Positions 1 to 13,214 of a DNA stretch of 64,000 nt are shown piece by piece. Positions within the stretch are counted from its first letter, which is position 1; every line of letters starts with the position of its first letter. The notes below the pieces were generated by a model. The model made no database searches, was not told the DNA's origin, and saw only the letters and a list, made by a program, of their open reading frames with translations. Position numbers and translations under genes: made by a program. The DNA comes from Octopus vulgaris (taxonomy: Eukaryota), in NCBI GenBank assembly GCA_951406725.2, contig OX597822.1, positions 67,952,001 through 68,016,000 of the forward strand, given 5' to 3'.

Positions 1-344
1 AGAAAAGGTCCTAAATACTTCTGAAATGCACCTCATATTGAAAATTATTAAATTATGGACCGTGTTGTAGAATATGAATAAATAGAAACAACCTTTTATA
101 TCTCCCCGTATACTGAAAATGAGTGAGATTTTCCCGGCCAATTTCATCTTAATTATTTAATTAACTTACAGGCTGATATTATTACGAAATGATACCAAGA
201 ACATTCCGAGCCAATCTGCGACAATTACCAGACAAATCTTCTGTAATTTGAGAAATAGCAACTAATGTATCTTATTCAAATTAAGCAAGTATCCATTTTG
301 ACTCCAGTGAGTTACAGTTTACTGAACTCCTTTTAACTGATAAT

Positions 345-745
345 ATTGGTTTCGAATTTTTGCACATTTCAGGGAAACGAGTAGTCGATTACATCGACCC
401 CAATGTTCACCTGGTACTTACTGGAATGTAAAGACGGTTGAAATACCTATTTCTTTACTACCCACAAGGGGCAAAAAATAGAGGGGACAAACAAGGATAG
501 ACAAACGGATTAAGTCGATTATATCGATCCCAGTGCATAACTGGTACTTATTTAATCGACCCCGAAAGGATGAAAGGCAAAGTCGACCTCGGCGGAATTT
601 GAACTCAGCACGTAACGGCAGACGAAATACCGCTAAGCATTTCGTCCGGCGTGCTAACGATTCTGCCAACTCACCACCTTCAGACGGTTGAAATACCGCT
701 AAGCATTTTGCCTGGCGTGATTATAATGATTCTGCCTGCTCGTCA
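345..745 (-). mobile_element. SINE family A (tRNA-derived head + Meta-like core); full copy 448-681 nested in an older copy
   Basis: Consensus GGCGGCGAGCTGGCAGAA..GAGTTCAAATTCCGCCGAGGTCGACTTTGCCTTTCATCCTTTCGGGGTCGAT on the minus strand; 16-bp TSD AGACGGTTGAAATACC at 432-447 and 682-697. Confidence 0.85.
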
Positions 746-1083
746 CTTTTATAGCTGGTAATACCACTGCTCACCTGCAAGGTTTTCATTTGGACATGCT
801 AACCTAACACTTGGATTATACCAGAAACGGCTGTAAGGCTTCAAATTCACCTTACCCTAATTAAATTATTCTAAATTACTTTAGATATTAGTTCTACTTC
901 CGTCTGCTTTCACTTTCCTGTATCTATGTTTCTAGCATTCGCTTTCTTTCTTTACTTTTCCTTTATCTATCTTACTCTCCATTTCTATATCCCACCCTCT
1001 CCTCCTTCTCCTCTCTCTCTACATCTTTTCCCTATCACTCTCATTTTCAGGCACGTCCTTTCTCATATACATTACACTATTTC

Positions 1084-1153
<70 letters not shown>

Positions 1154-1269
1154 ACACTTTGAAACAAATCTCCCTCTTTCTGTTTCTTTCTCACTTTGTA
1201 TGTCTCTCTCGCACGCACTAACTCTTTCGCATGCTATTTCTTATACACACACATACACATACTCACTGA

Positions 1270-2330
1270 AACATCTCTCTCTCTCTCTCTTTCTCTTATC
1301 TCTCTGTCTACCCATCTCTCTCTCCCATCTCTCTCCCCATCTCCCTCTCCTTCTCTCTTACTCCCCTCTCCCCTCCTCCCATCTATCTCCCCTCTCACCT
1401 TCTCCCATCTCTCTCACCCTCTGTCTCTTTCCCATCTATCTCCCTCTCTCTCTTTCCCTCATCTCTCCCTTCTCTCTCTTTCTCCTCTTTCTCCCTCTCT
1501 TTTTCTACCCCTTCTTCTTTCTCCTTCTCTTTGTCTCCTATTCTTAACGCTCTCACTTCTCCCCTCTTCCTGACGCTCTCATTTCTCCCCCTCTTCCTGA
1601 CTCTCTCCCTCACACATATACACCTGTCTCTTTCCCATCTATGTCTCCTTTTTCCCTTCTCTCTTTCCCCATCCCTCTCTCTCTTTCTTTCTCCCATCTC
1701 TCTCCCCTTTCTCTTTCCCTCATCTCTCCCCTCTCTCTCTTTCTTTCTCCCATCTCTCTCCCCTTTCTCTTTCCCTCATCTCTCCCTCTCTCTCTTTCTC
1801 CTCTTTCTCCCTCTCTTTTTTCTACCCATCCTTCTTTCTCCTCCTCTTTGTCTCCTCTTCCTGACACTCTCACTTCTACCCCTCTTCCTGACTCTCTCCC
1901 TCACACATATACACCTGTCTCTTTCCCATCTATCTCTCCTCTCTCTTTCCGTCATCTCTCCCCTCTCTCTCTTTCTCCTCTTTCTCCCTCTCTTTTCTCT
2001 ACCCCTCCTTCTTTCTCCTCCTCTTTGTCTCCTCTTCCTGACACTCTCACTTCTCCCCCTCCTCCTGACTCTCACACACACATATACACCTGTCTCTTTC
2101 CCATCTCTCTTTCCCCATCCCTCTCCTCTCTCTCTCTTTCTCCCATCTCTCTCCCCTCTCTCTTTCCGTCATCTCTCCCCTCTCTCTCTCTCTCTCTCTC
2201 TCTTTCTCCTCTTTCTCCCTCTCTTTTTTCTAACCTCCTTCTTTCTCCTCCTCTTTGTCTCCTCTTCCTGACACTCTCACTTCTACCCCTCTTCCTGACT
2301 CTCTCACTAACACATACACACCTACACTAC
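1270..2330. repeat. Polypyrimidine (CT-rich) composite tandem repeat
   Basis: Recurring block CTGACACTCTCACTTCTACCCCTCTTCCTGACTCTCTCCCTCACACATATACACCTGTCTCTTTCCCATC near 1570, 1860, 2040 and 2270, separated by CT tracts. Confidence 0.85.
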
Positions 2331-2649
2331 ATCTGATCGTCTTTAACGAACCACACACAGTAATCCACTCAGACCCTTCACCAACCATTCCAAACTTAAA
2401 GAGCCACGAGCCACAAGTCACTCCGCATAGTTTGGTGTCGCATCAACCTCTACAGCTAAACACGCTCCACAGCAGAGTGGAAGTGACATAGAACACAGTT
2501 CAATGCCAAAATCCTATTCCGTAACAATTTATATCAATGACGTCTTAGCCTTGGGATAGAGATCTACTCAGCCTGTCAGCGCTGTCTTGGCACAACTGTT
2601 TTGTTTATGCATACACACGAATGCTCACGTGCATTATTATACATATATG

Positions 2650-2667
2650 CATTCTCACGCACACATG

Positions 2668-2718
<51 letters not shown>

Positions 2719-2884
2719 ACAAGCAAACACAAACACACTCACACATAGATAAATGTATGTACTTAAGTATATGCAGGTAAACTATCACACATGCATACAA
2801 ACCTTTGTGTGTATATATATATATATACACACACACATAAACTTATATATGTATATATATATATATATATACATATGTGTGCGT

Positions 2885-2946
<62 letters not shown>

Positions 2947-3324
2947 AAGGTGGATAGAGAGGTGGATAGATAGATGGATAGACAGATGGATAGACAGACA
3001 GACAGTCAGACAAACAGAATGACAGATAGATAGATGGATGGATAGATAGATACATACCTACATACATACATACATACATACATACATACACATATACATA
3101 CACATGCCTGCTTTATATAAACGTACGGTTGGATATCTTATGTATATGGGTGTGGGAATATAAGCATTCATGCGCGTTTGTAAGGTGTGTGTGTGTGTGC
3201 ATATATGTGTATGTGTATATATCTATATATATAATGTATGTTTGTGTGTGTGTGTGTGTGTGTGTATAGAGCGAGAGAAATTATATAGCGAGAGAAAGGA
3301 AATAAAGACATTAATATATTTGTT

Positions 3325-3398
<74 letters not shown>

Positions 3399-3450
3399 TA
3401 CATACATACATACATACATACATACATACATACATACATACATACATACT
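2650..3450. repeat. Compound microsatellite (CA)n,(TA)n,(GATA)n,(TACA)n,(GA)n
   Basis: Directly visible. Confidence 0.95.
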
Positions 3451-3935
3451 CATACATTTATAACACCTCACAACCCCATCCATATCTTAATGTCTTTCCA
3501 CTTAGCATCAATTTATTTGAGAGATTCTTCTGGCCGTCCACCCTCGCCACATTTTGATGCTATTATACCAGTGATCGGTTAAGAATTGGCAAATATATCA
3601 GGTCCTTTTACCTCATTTAGACACTAATGGGTTAATAGCGTGATACACGCAGACATACATACACACACACATATACACGCACGCACGCACACACATATAC
3701 ACGCACGCATGCCCTCTCAAATACATGTATGCATTCATGTACTTGCGTACAAGCATATAGAACTCTAGAGAGAAATTCTATTAGACAGACATTCAGACAT
3801 ACATATACATGTGTTTGTGTTGACTGCATAATCGGTTCTGAGGTAAACACAAGACGAGCAATTTGCCAATAATATTGATATCAACGCCAATACTTGTCTA
3901 GGACTATATCTGTTACCGCCGGAATATCCGTTGCA

Positions 3936-4323
3936 CGGTGGAACCTCGGAGTATGAATGCACCATTGTACGAGTAATACGCCCTAGGAGCTGAAACTCGT
4001 GCGAATTTTTGTTGTGAAGTACAAGCGGAAATCCGCAGTAAGAAACACACAAATCGTCCCATCTTTAAGGTAAATCTGTTAATAAAACCAGTTTACATAT
4101 TTCTTTTGTATTCTCTTTTTTATAATTGTCATTTTACTTGTAACTGCACATTTTCTGCTTTAAAAAACCCATAAAAAATTATTTTTGAGTTGTTTTGGAG
4201 GGCTGGAACGGATTAATTATATTTTAGTTAATTTCAGTGGGGAAAATTGATTTGTAAAACGAGTAAATCGTAAGACGAACTCGGTGATGGAACGAATTAA
4301 ACTCGTACTGCGAGGTATCACTG
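3936..4323. mobile_element. Tigger/pogo-like non-autonomous DNA transposon (MITE)
   Basis: Imperfect TIRs CGGTGGAACCTCGGAGTATGAA / CTCGTACTGCGAGGTATCACTG (16 of 22 match), right end followed by TA. Confidence 0.65.
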
Positions 4324-4337
4324 TATTTGTTATACCG

Positions 4338-4553
4338 TCACTCTTTTACTTGTTTCAGTCATTTGACTGTGGCCATGATGGAGCACCGCCTTTAGTAGAG
4401 CAAATCGACACCAGGACTTATTCTTTGTAAGCCTAGTACTTATTCTATCGGTCTCTTTCGCTAAACCGCTAGTTACAGGGACGTAAACACACCACCAACG
4501 GTTGTCAACTGATGTTGAGGGGACAAACACAGACACACAAACATACACACACA

Positions 4554-4591
<38 letters not shown>

Positions 4592-4753
4592 TACGACGGG
4601 CTTCTTTCAGTTTCCATCTACCAAATCCACTCACAAGGCTTTGGTCGGCCCGAGGCTATAGTAGGCACTTGACCAAGGTGCCATGCTGTGGGACCGAACC
4701 CGAAACCATGTAGTTGGTAAGTAAGCTACTTACCACACAGCCACTCCTACGCC
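4338..4753 (-). mobile_element. SINE family B (~410 bp, tRNA head, internal (TA)n(TG)n, (GTAAAAGA)n tail); possibly the octopus OK family
   Basis: Matches the many other copies in the window; A-box-like TGGCTGTGTGG and B-box-like GGTTCRGTCCC; family name is from memory and unverified. Confidence 0.85.
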
Positions 4754-4769
4754 TATATAAATAATAATT

Positions 4770-6600
4770 CTTCCTAATTTTGGCATAAGACCAGCAATTT
4801 TGAGGTGAGAGGGTTAATTCGATTACACTGCCCTCGGTATTTAACTGGTATATTGTTTTATTGACCAGAACGGATAAAATGCAAAAGTCGGCTTCAGCAG
4901 GATTGGATCCTGAAATCATGAAATGCAAAATTTATCTTGGCAAAACTGGAAACCAGAATGAAAAGCGTAGGAAAAAAAAAGCTGCAAAGCAATTTTTTTA
5001 TTTAACGCTTCTTTTTCTACTCTAGGCACAAGGCCCGAAATCTTTGGGGAGGTGTCCAGTCGATTAGATCGACCTCAGTACGCAACTGGTACGTAATTTA
5101 TCAGCCCCGAAAGGATGAAAGACAAAGTCGACCTCAGCGGAATTTGAACTCAGAACGTAAAGACGGACGAAATACCACTAAGCATTTTGCCCGACGTGCT
5201 AACTTTTCTTATTTCTTTATTGCCCGCAAGGGGCTAAAAATAGAGGGGACAAACAAGGACACACAAAGGGATTAAGTCGATTACATCGACTCCAGTGCGT
5301 AACAGGTACTTAATTTATCGACCACGAAAGGATGAAAGGCTAAGTCGACCTCGGCGGAATTTGAACTCAGAACGCAGCGACGGGCGTAATACCGATAATC
5401 ATTTCGTCCAGCGAGCTAAAGATTTTGCTAGCTCGCCATCTTAACACCTTTATGAATAATAATAATAATTGAATTAGTCACAAAGCTAGAAATTTTGAAG
5501 GAAGTGGCTTTGACAATGGCATCCAGTTCAACATAAGACTAGCACCTTATTTTATTAATCCTGGCAGGATGAAAAACAAAATTGACTGCGACGGGATTTG
5601 ATCTCAGAAAGCAAAATCTTAAGAAATATTTAATTCTGTATTGCCCACAGGGAGCTAAACACAGAGGGGACAAACAAGGATAGACGGAGGAATTAAGTCG
5701 ATTGCATCGATCCCAGTGCGTAACTGGTGCTTATTTAATCAATCCCGAAAGGCTAAGTCGGACACGGCAGACTTTGAACTCAGAACGTAACGGCAGACGA
5801 AATACATATTTCTTTACTACCCACAAGGGGCTAAACACAGAGAGGACAAACAAAGACAGACAAACGGATTAAGTCGATTATATCGACTCCAGTGCGCAAC
5901 TGGTACTTATTTAATCGACTCCGGTAGGATGAAAGGCAAAGTCGACCTCGGCGGAATTTGAACTCAGAATGTAGCAGCAGACGAAATACTGCTAAGCATT
6001 TCGCCCGACGTGCTAACGATTGTGCCAGCTGGACGCCCTAAAAATCTTAGGAAATATTGGCTTCAAATTCTTAACATAAGGCCAGCGATTTCTGGGGAGG
6101 AGATAAGTCGATTACAACGAACACAGCGATCAACTGGTACTTATTTTATCGACCCCGAAAGAACGAAATGCGAAGTAGACCTAGGCGGAATTTGAACACT
6201 GAATGTAAAGTCGGACGAAATGCCGCCAAGCATTTTGCCCCGTGTGCTAACGATCCTGCCAGCTCGCTGCCTTAACTCTAAGAAATATTCGTTTCTGTTC
6301 TAGTCACAAGGCCTGAAATTGTAGATCGATCCCAGTACGCAACTGGTACGTAATTTATCAACCCTGAAAGGATGAAAGGTAAAGTCGACCTCGGCGGAAT
6401 TTGAACTCAGAACGTAAAGACAGACGAAACACCGCTAAGCATTTCGCCCAGAGAGATAACGTGTCTACCTGATCACCGCCGTAACCTTAAGAAATATTCT
6501 TCTCTACTCTAGGCACAAGGCCCGAAATTTTGGGGGATGGGTCCAGTCGATTAGATCGACCGTCTTAACCATAAGGAATATTACAAGACATTTTTTCCGA
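4770..6600 (-). mobile_element. Cluster of nested and tandem SINE A copies (A1 and A2 tail variants)
   Basis: Repeated GAAAGGATGAAAGGCAAAGTCGACCTCGGCGGAATTTGAACTCAGAAC cores at about 5110, 5330, 5930, 6160 and 6370. Confidence 0.85.
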
Positions 6601-6634
6601 GGCTTTAAAGTTAAACATGCATTCCATATACTAA

Positions 6635-6938
6635 GACGACGAGGGTTTCAGTTGACGTGATTAACGGAACAGGCTACTCGCGAAATCAACTTGCAAGTGG
6701 CTGAGAATTCCAGTGACACGCGTATCCTTAACGTAGTTCTCAGGGTGTTTCAGCATGACACCGAATATGACAAGGCTGGCCTTTGTGAATTAAAGATACT
6801 ACTGACTTTTGCCAGCTGAGTGGACTGGATCAACGCAATATAAAATGTCTTGCTCAAGGACACAACGCCGTCGGGAATCGAACTCATGACATTACGCTCG
6901 TAAGCTGATTATCCGAACCACTAAGCCACGCGCCCTCA
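6635..6938 (-). mobile_element. SINE family D (tRNA head + CORE-like TGTGTCCTTGAGCAAGACA + tail shared with family C); possibly OR2-like
   Basis: Minus strand reads GGCGCGTGGCTTAGTGG..GAGTTCGATTCC..GAGAACTACGTTAAGGATAC..GAAACCCTCGTCGTC. Confidence 0.75.
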
Positions 6939-7404
6939 TAATAAAAGGTAAAGTCGACTCCGGCTGTAGAATGTCAAGTCGGAAGAAATGCCCATAAGCA
7001 TTTTTTTTCCAGCGCGGTAACTATTCTGCTAGATCGCTCTCTGGCCCTTTCACAGCATTGCCACATCGCTGCATTAAAACAAAAGTTGACTCCAACAAGA
7101 TCTGAACTCAGCTCATATAGTACCGGACAAAATAAACTACTTTTTTTTTCTTTTACCGAATCTAAATCGAGTATGCCAACACACTAGCCTCTGAGCGGTG
7201 TCTGGTTTAGGTATAAGACTAGCATTTAAGGGAAGTAGTGACTCGATACCGTTGAATTCAGTACTTGACTGATATTGAATTCGAAGCCTCGAAAGGAAAG
7301 AACGTCAAATCTGACCTCGGTGAGATTTGAACGCGGAAAGTAATACTTCAGAACAAATACCAGAAAGTATTTGGATCTCTGCTGCTTCTGCCAACTCCAC
7401 ACCC

Positions 7405-8145
<741 letters not shown>

Positions 8146-8759
8146 TTAATGTCTATTCACGAGATGATCAAAATACATCCTTGTACAAATATTAGTTCGT
8201 GTAATGGAAAGACCACACCACATAGAAAACTGTTCTATTACAAACGTATTATGTTCCAAAACCATACAAAAGTAATAAAGAAGCAGACAATGCCTTCAGA
8301 AACGAATACAGAAACCAATTGGATGTCTATTCTAGCGATTCTGTACATTTGGTTGCTAAAAGCATGAAATGAATACCATTCGCTCGGTTGGTGCAAAGAA
8401 GAAAAGCTGCATCCTTATGCCCCTTCATAAGTGAGCTATAGAAAAGGGTAGTTAAGTTTGCTCCGTTCCTAACTGCGTTATATTCATGACCAATAAAAAA
8501 GATATACCTTAGTATCCCCGTGCCGTCAAAAATCACCGCATCCACAGCATTTTAAATTAAGTAACGTGAAACAGGGTTATAATAAATTCATCAGCATAAC
8601 ATGCATTTCGTATATTTGATGTAAACTAGTTGCAACATTAAATATTTACCAGTCTCTGTTCTGGTGATTTTTCATTCAACGTCAGTTGTATACTTGTCAA
8701 TAATCACTATGTATGTATTCTCTGTGTGTATGTGTATGTGTGTGTGTGTGTGTGTGTGT

Positions 8760-9730
8760 TTGGTGTTCCTCAGGGAACTGCCGTAGGGCCACTGCTATTC
8801 ATAGGGGCCCTTTCAGACATGTCCTCAGCTGCTCACATAGCCACCCTTGCTAGCTGTGCAGATAACAAAAAAATCTCTGAGACAATACAAAATCCTGGAA
8901 ATACTGCACATCTGCGACGAGAGTTCGACGCAATATACAGGTGGGCTGAGGACAACAACAAGGCCCAGGAGGGATTGCAATCCCTGAATAAAAATCAGTG
9001 CTTGACTTTGTCATTGACATGAGCAATGATGCATCTTTTCAAGTGCATATTACCAATTTCGTAATAATATGCATACGGCTAGTTGGATGGATCCCCCCGA
9101 ACTTTCAAAACAAGAGAAAAGGAGAGTCGATGGTCCTTTGGAGGACCTACCTCCCCAGCCGCTTGGACTACTGCTCCCAACTATGGTCACCACACACTAT
9201 AAAATTCACGGCGGAACTCGAAGCAATCGTCTCAATGCAACGTATGAGCTACTGGGAAAAACTGAAAGAATTGGAACTCTTCTCCCTGAAACGAAGGCAG
9301 GAGAGATATTCAGTGATATACATCTGGAAAATCCTAGAAGGCGTTGTACCAAACTTTGGCATGGGAAGTTATTCAAACTGAAGAAAGGGGCGCCACTGCA
9401 TAGTGCCAAGGATCCCAGCATCGCCATCAAAATACACAGGACCAGATACTGCAACAGCTTGGGCTTCAAGGGCCCACAGCTTTTTAATATCCTTCCAAAA
9501 TGCCTGAGAGACCTGCATGGTGTGGATGTAAGTGTCTTTAAAACAAACCTGGATCTCTTGTTGCGGGTTCCAGGCGAGCCTACCACACGGCAGGAAACAC
9601 GAAGGCAGCGGCATAAAACTCCCTCATTGACCAAATACCACATATCAAAGAAGCTTTAAATTATGGTGTAGGTCAGTCAACGGTGGTACCCTAGCATGGC
9701 TGCAGCTTTGAAGCTGAAGCTTTTAAAGAA
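8760..9730 (+). mobile_element. 5'-truncated, frameshifted CR1-type LINE (RT C-terminal half + 3' UTR)
   Basis: Motifs GVPQGTAVGPLLF, CADNKK (YADDTK-like), LDYCSQLWSP, LKELELFSLKRRQERY and NSLGFKGPQLFNILP across frames. Confidence 0.9.
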
Positions 9731-9744
9731 TATATATATAAGAA

Positions 9745-10053
9745 CTTTAGTCGAACAAATCGATCCCAGGACTTCTTTTTTAAGTTTGGCACTCATTCTG
9801 TCGGTCCATTTTTGCAGATCCGCTAGGTTACGGGGACATAAAGAAGCCAACACCGGTTGTGAAGCTGTGTAGTGGAAGACAAACGAAAGCGCACACACAC
9901 TCATATATGTATAATATATGTATGTATATATATATATACGCACACACTCAAACATACATACATATATATATATACATACATACACACACGCGCGCACACA
10001 CACACACACACTCACACACTCACTCTCTCTTTCTCTCTCTCTCTCTCACACAT

Positions 10054-10086
<33 letters not shown>

Positions 10087-10245
10087 AACAGACTTCCACA
10101 ACGTTTCTGTTTAGCAAACCCAGTCGGAAGGCTTTGGTCGCCCCGGGGCTATAATGGAAGACACTTCCCCAAAACATTGCAGTGGGACTGAACCAGAAAT
10201 CCCGTGGTTGCAAAGCGATCTTCTTACTCACACAGCCTTGCTTAT
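9745..10245 (-). mobile_element. Diverged SINE B with expanded internal microsatellite
   Basis: Tail half at 9745-9890, head half at 10090-10245, with ~200 bp of TA/CA/CT repeats between. Confidence 0.75.
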
Positions 10246-10369
10246 ACATCTTGTGAGTTTTATCGGAAATATAACATTCTTTTGAAAGCTAATGTAATGT
10301 AAAAAAACAAACATTATTAAAATCTCATAAAACGTAATCATCATAATCGCACGCGTACCGGTTTCTACT

Positions 10370-10427
10370 TTATCAACATTATCAACATCGACATCATCAT
10401 CATCATCATTTTTGTCGTCGTAATCGC

Positions 10428-10493
<66 letters not shown>

Positions 10494-11026
10494 AATTATC
10501 ATCATTATCATCAACATCACCTATGCACTTTTGTTATCGTTATTATAATCATCATTTTCCACACTACCGAATACTCACAGTCACATAAACGTTCGCGGTG
10601 CCATTGTCCTCCCTTACTGTTTTTATAACCACCACTACCATCGTCGTCATCATCAATATTATCATTGTCGTTTTTGTCGTCGTCGTCGACATCATTACCA
10701 TCATCACTCTCGTCGTCGTCAAGGTCAACAGCATCATCACCATCGTCATCACCTTCTTTATGGCATTTTCAGGTTACCTTATCTGTAGCGGCGTTTTCGC
10801 TATGACGACCAGGGACGATGATGCCACTACAGATATTCCTCATCTTTCTCATGACCACCACGATCACCAATACCACCACCATCACTTTCACAACAACTAT
10901 CACCACCACCACCAACAACAACAACACCAACAATACCACAAGCATCATCAACATCTTTATCATCATCATACCTCTACTTTTTTTCCATCTGATCCTGTTT
11001 CTTCTTTCTATTTCTTCCGCCTGATT

Positions 11027-11095
<69 letters not shown>

Positions 11096-11332
11096 GTCAT
11101 CATCATCGTCATCCCTTTATTTCTTCCACTATGACCCTGCTTCTTCCTCACTTTCTCCTCCTCCTCCTCATCATCATTATCATCATCTTCATCATCATCA
11201 GCCGCAGCAGCAACAATAGCATTTTCATCATCATCATCGTCATCATCATCGTCATCATCATCGTCATCGTCGTCATCCCTTTACTTCCTTCCATTTGATC
11301 CTGCTTCTTCCTCGCTTTTTCATCATCTTCAG

Positions 11333-11369
<37 letters not shown>

Positions 11370-11450
11370 GTCATCATCATCATCTTCATAATCGTCGTCA
11401 CCATCATCATCATCATCATCACCATCATCATCTTCATCATCTTCATTGTA
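10370..11450. repeat. (CAT)n/(CAC)n low-complexity array
   Basis: Directly visible. Confidence 0.95.
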
Positions 11451-11799
11451 ATGTAAATACATTTTCCAAAAGTTGTTTTGCATTGCTTTGTCTTTGTAAA
11501 ATCCCTCCCAGTTTCCTAACAAACTCCTTAACGGTTGAGTGACTCCTACAGTTTGGGCCTCAGGCGCTTGTGTGTCCGTTCAGGTTAATGCCATGTTCCA
11601 TTCACTTCGTGAAAACAGAGATAATCTTCACAGACGCTCTTTTACTCGGTGCATGCAAGTGAAATTCTCTGCAACATGCCCGTTGGCATTGGATTGTGTT
11701 GCGTCTTAAAAGAGGAGATAGAGAAGGAAAATGGCAACATAAAAGCTTCTTTGCACAACAATGGCGCGACAACAACATCTTGAAAACTTCATGCACGAC

Positions 11800-11901
11800 A
11801 AAAACGAGAACGACAATAGCAATGACGACAACGAAGACAATGACAAAGATGATAATGATAATGATGTTGATAACGATTACGATGATGATGATAATGATTA
11901 C

Positions 11902-11952
<51 letters not shown>

Positions 11953-12290
11953 GATGATGACGATGATGATACGACAATGACGATGATGATACGACGATGA
12001 CGATGATGATGATGATGTTGCTGCTGATGATGAAGATGATGATGATGAGAATGACGATGGCGATGACGATAATGATGATGATGACGATGATTATGATGAC
12101 GATGATGATGATGACTACGACGACGACGACGATGGTGATGATGGGGATGATGATGGTGATGATAATGATGAGGATGACGATGATGACGATGATGACGATG
12201 ACGATGGTGATGATGATGATGATGACGACGACGACGATAGTAATGATGAGTATGAATATGACGATGATGATGACGATAATGATGAGGAGG
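11800..12290. repeat. (GAT)n/(GAC)n low-complexity array
   Basis: Directly visible; reverse complement in composition to the upstream (CAT)n array. Confidence 0.95.
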
Positions 12291-12410
12291 AGGTAAAGTG
12301 GACCTCGACAGCAATTGAACATTTGAACTCAGGACGTAAAAAACGGACGAAATACCGTTAAGCGTTTCGAATAGTGAGCTAACGACTCAGCCAGCTCGCC
12401 GCCTTGTTAA

Positions 12411-12443
<33 letters not shown>

Positions 12444-13155
12444 CAGTAGGAGGAGTAGGAGGAAGTAGTAGGAGGTGGATGACGATAACAACCATCATTA
12501 TAATTTCTTTATAGCCATAAAGGTGACTTAATGCCAGAAGAAAAGCAATTGTTTGTTAATTCCCAAATGCAGAATAATCAAGTCATTCGTAATAGTGATT
12601 TTTTAAATTCTCAAACGCAGGATAATGCTAATAATATAGCTTGAACAGGATAAACTGCTCCTATTTTGCAGAAATAGGTGTGTTGGCAGCCGGCTAAAGA
12701 ATGAAAGGTAAAGTGGACCTCGACAGCAATTGAACATTTGAACTCAGGACGTAAAAACGGACGAAATACCGTTAAGCGTTTCGAATAGTGTGCTAACGAC
12801 TCAGCCAGCTCGCCGCCTTGTTAATAATAATAGTAGTAGTAGTAGTAGTAGTAGTAATAATAATAATAATAATAATAATTTTATTTCTTTACTACTCACA
12901 AGGGGCTAAACATAGAGAGGACAAACAAGGACAGACATAGGTATTAAGTCGATTACATCGACCCCAGTGCGTAACTGGTGCTTAATTTATCGACCCCGAA
13001 AGGATGAAAGGCAAAGTCGACCTCGGCGGAATTTGAACTCAGAACGTAAGTGAAGTGATTTTTTAAATTCTCAAACGCAGGATAATGCTAATAATATAGC
13101 TTGAACAGGATAAATGCTCCTATTTTGCAGAAATAGGTGTGTTGGCAGCCGGCTA
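12291..13155. repeat. Local duplication containing SINE A fragments
   Basis: Block X at 12291-12430 and 12707-12850; block Y at 12594-12695 and 13054-13155; SINE A (minus) at 12880-13050. Confidence 0.85.
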
Positions 13156-13214
13156 TGAGAATGGAATTCACCCCCCCCCCCCGATTACGCATCGTGCGTG
13201 CTCTGACCTTTAAG

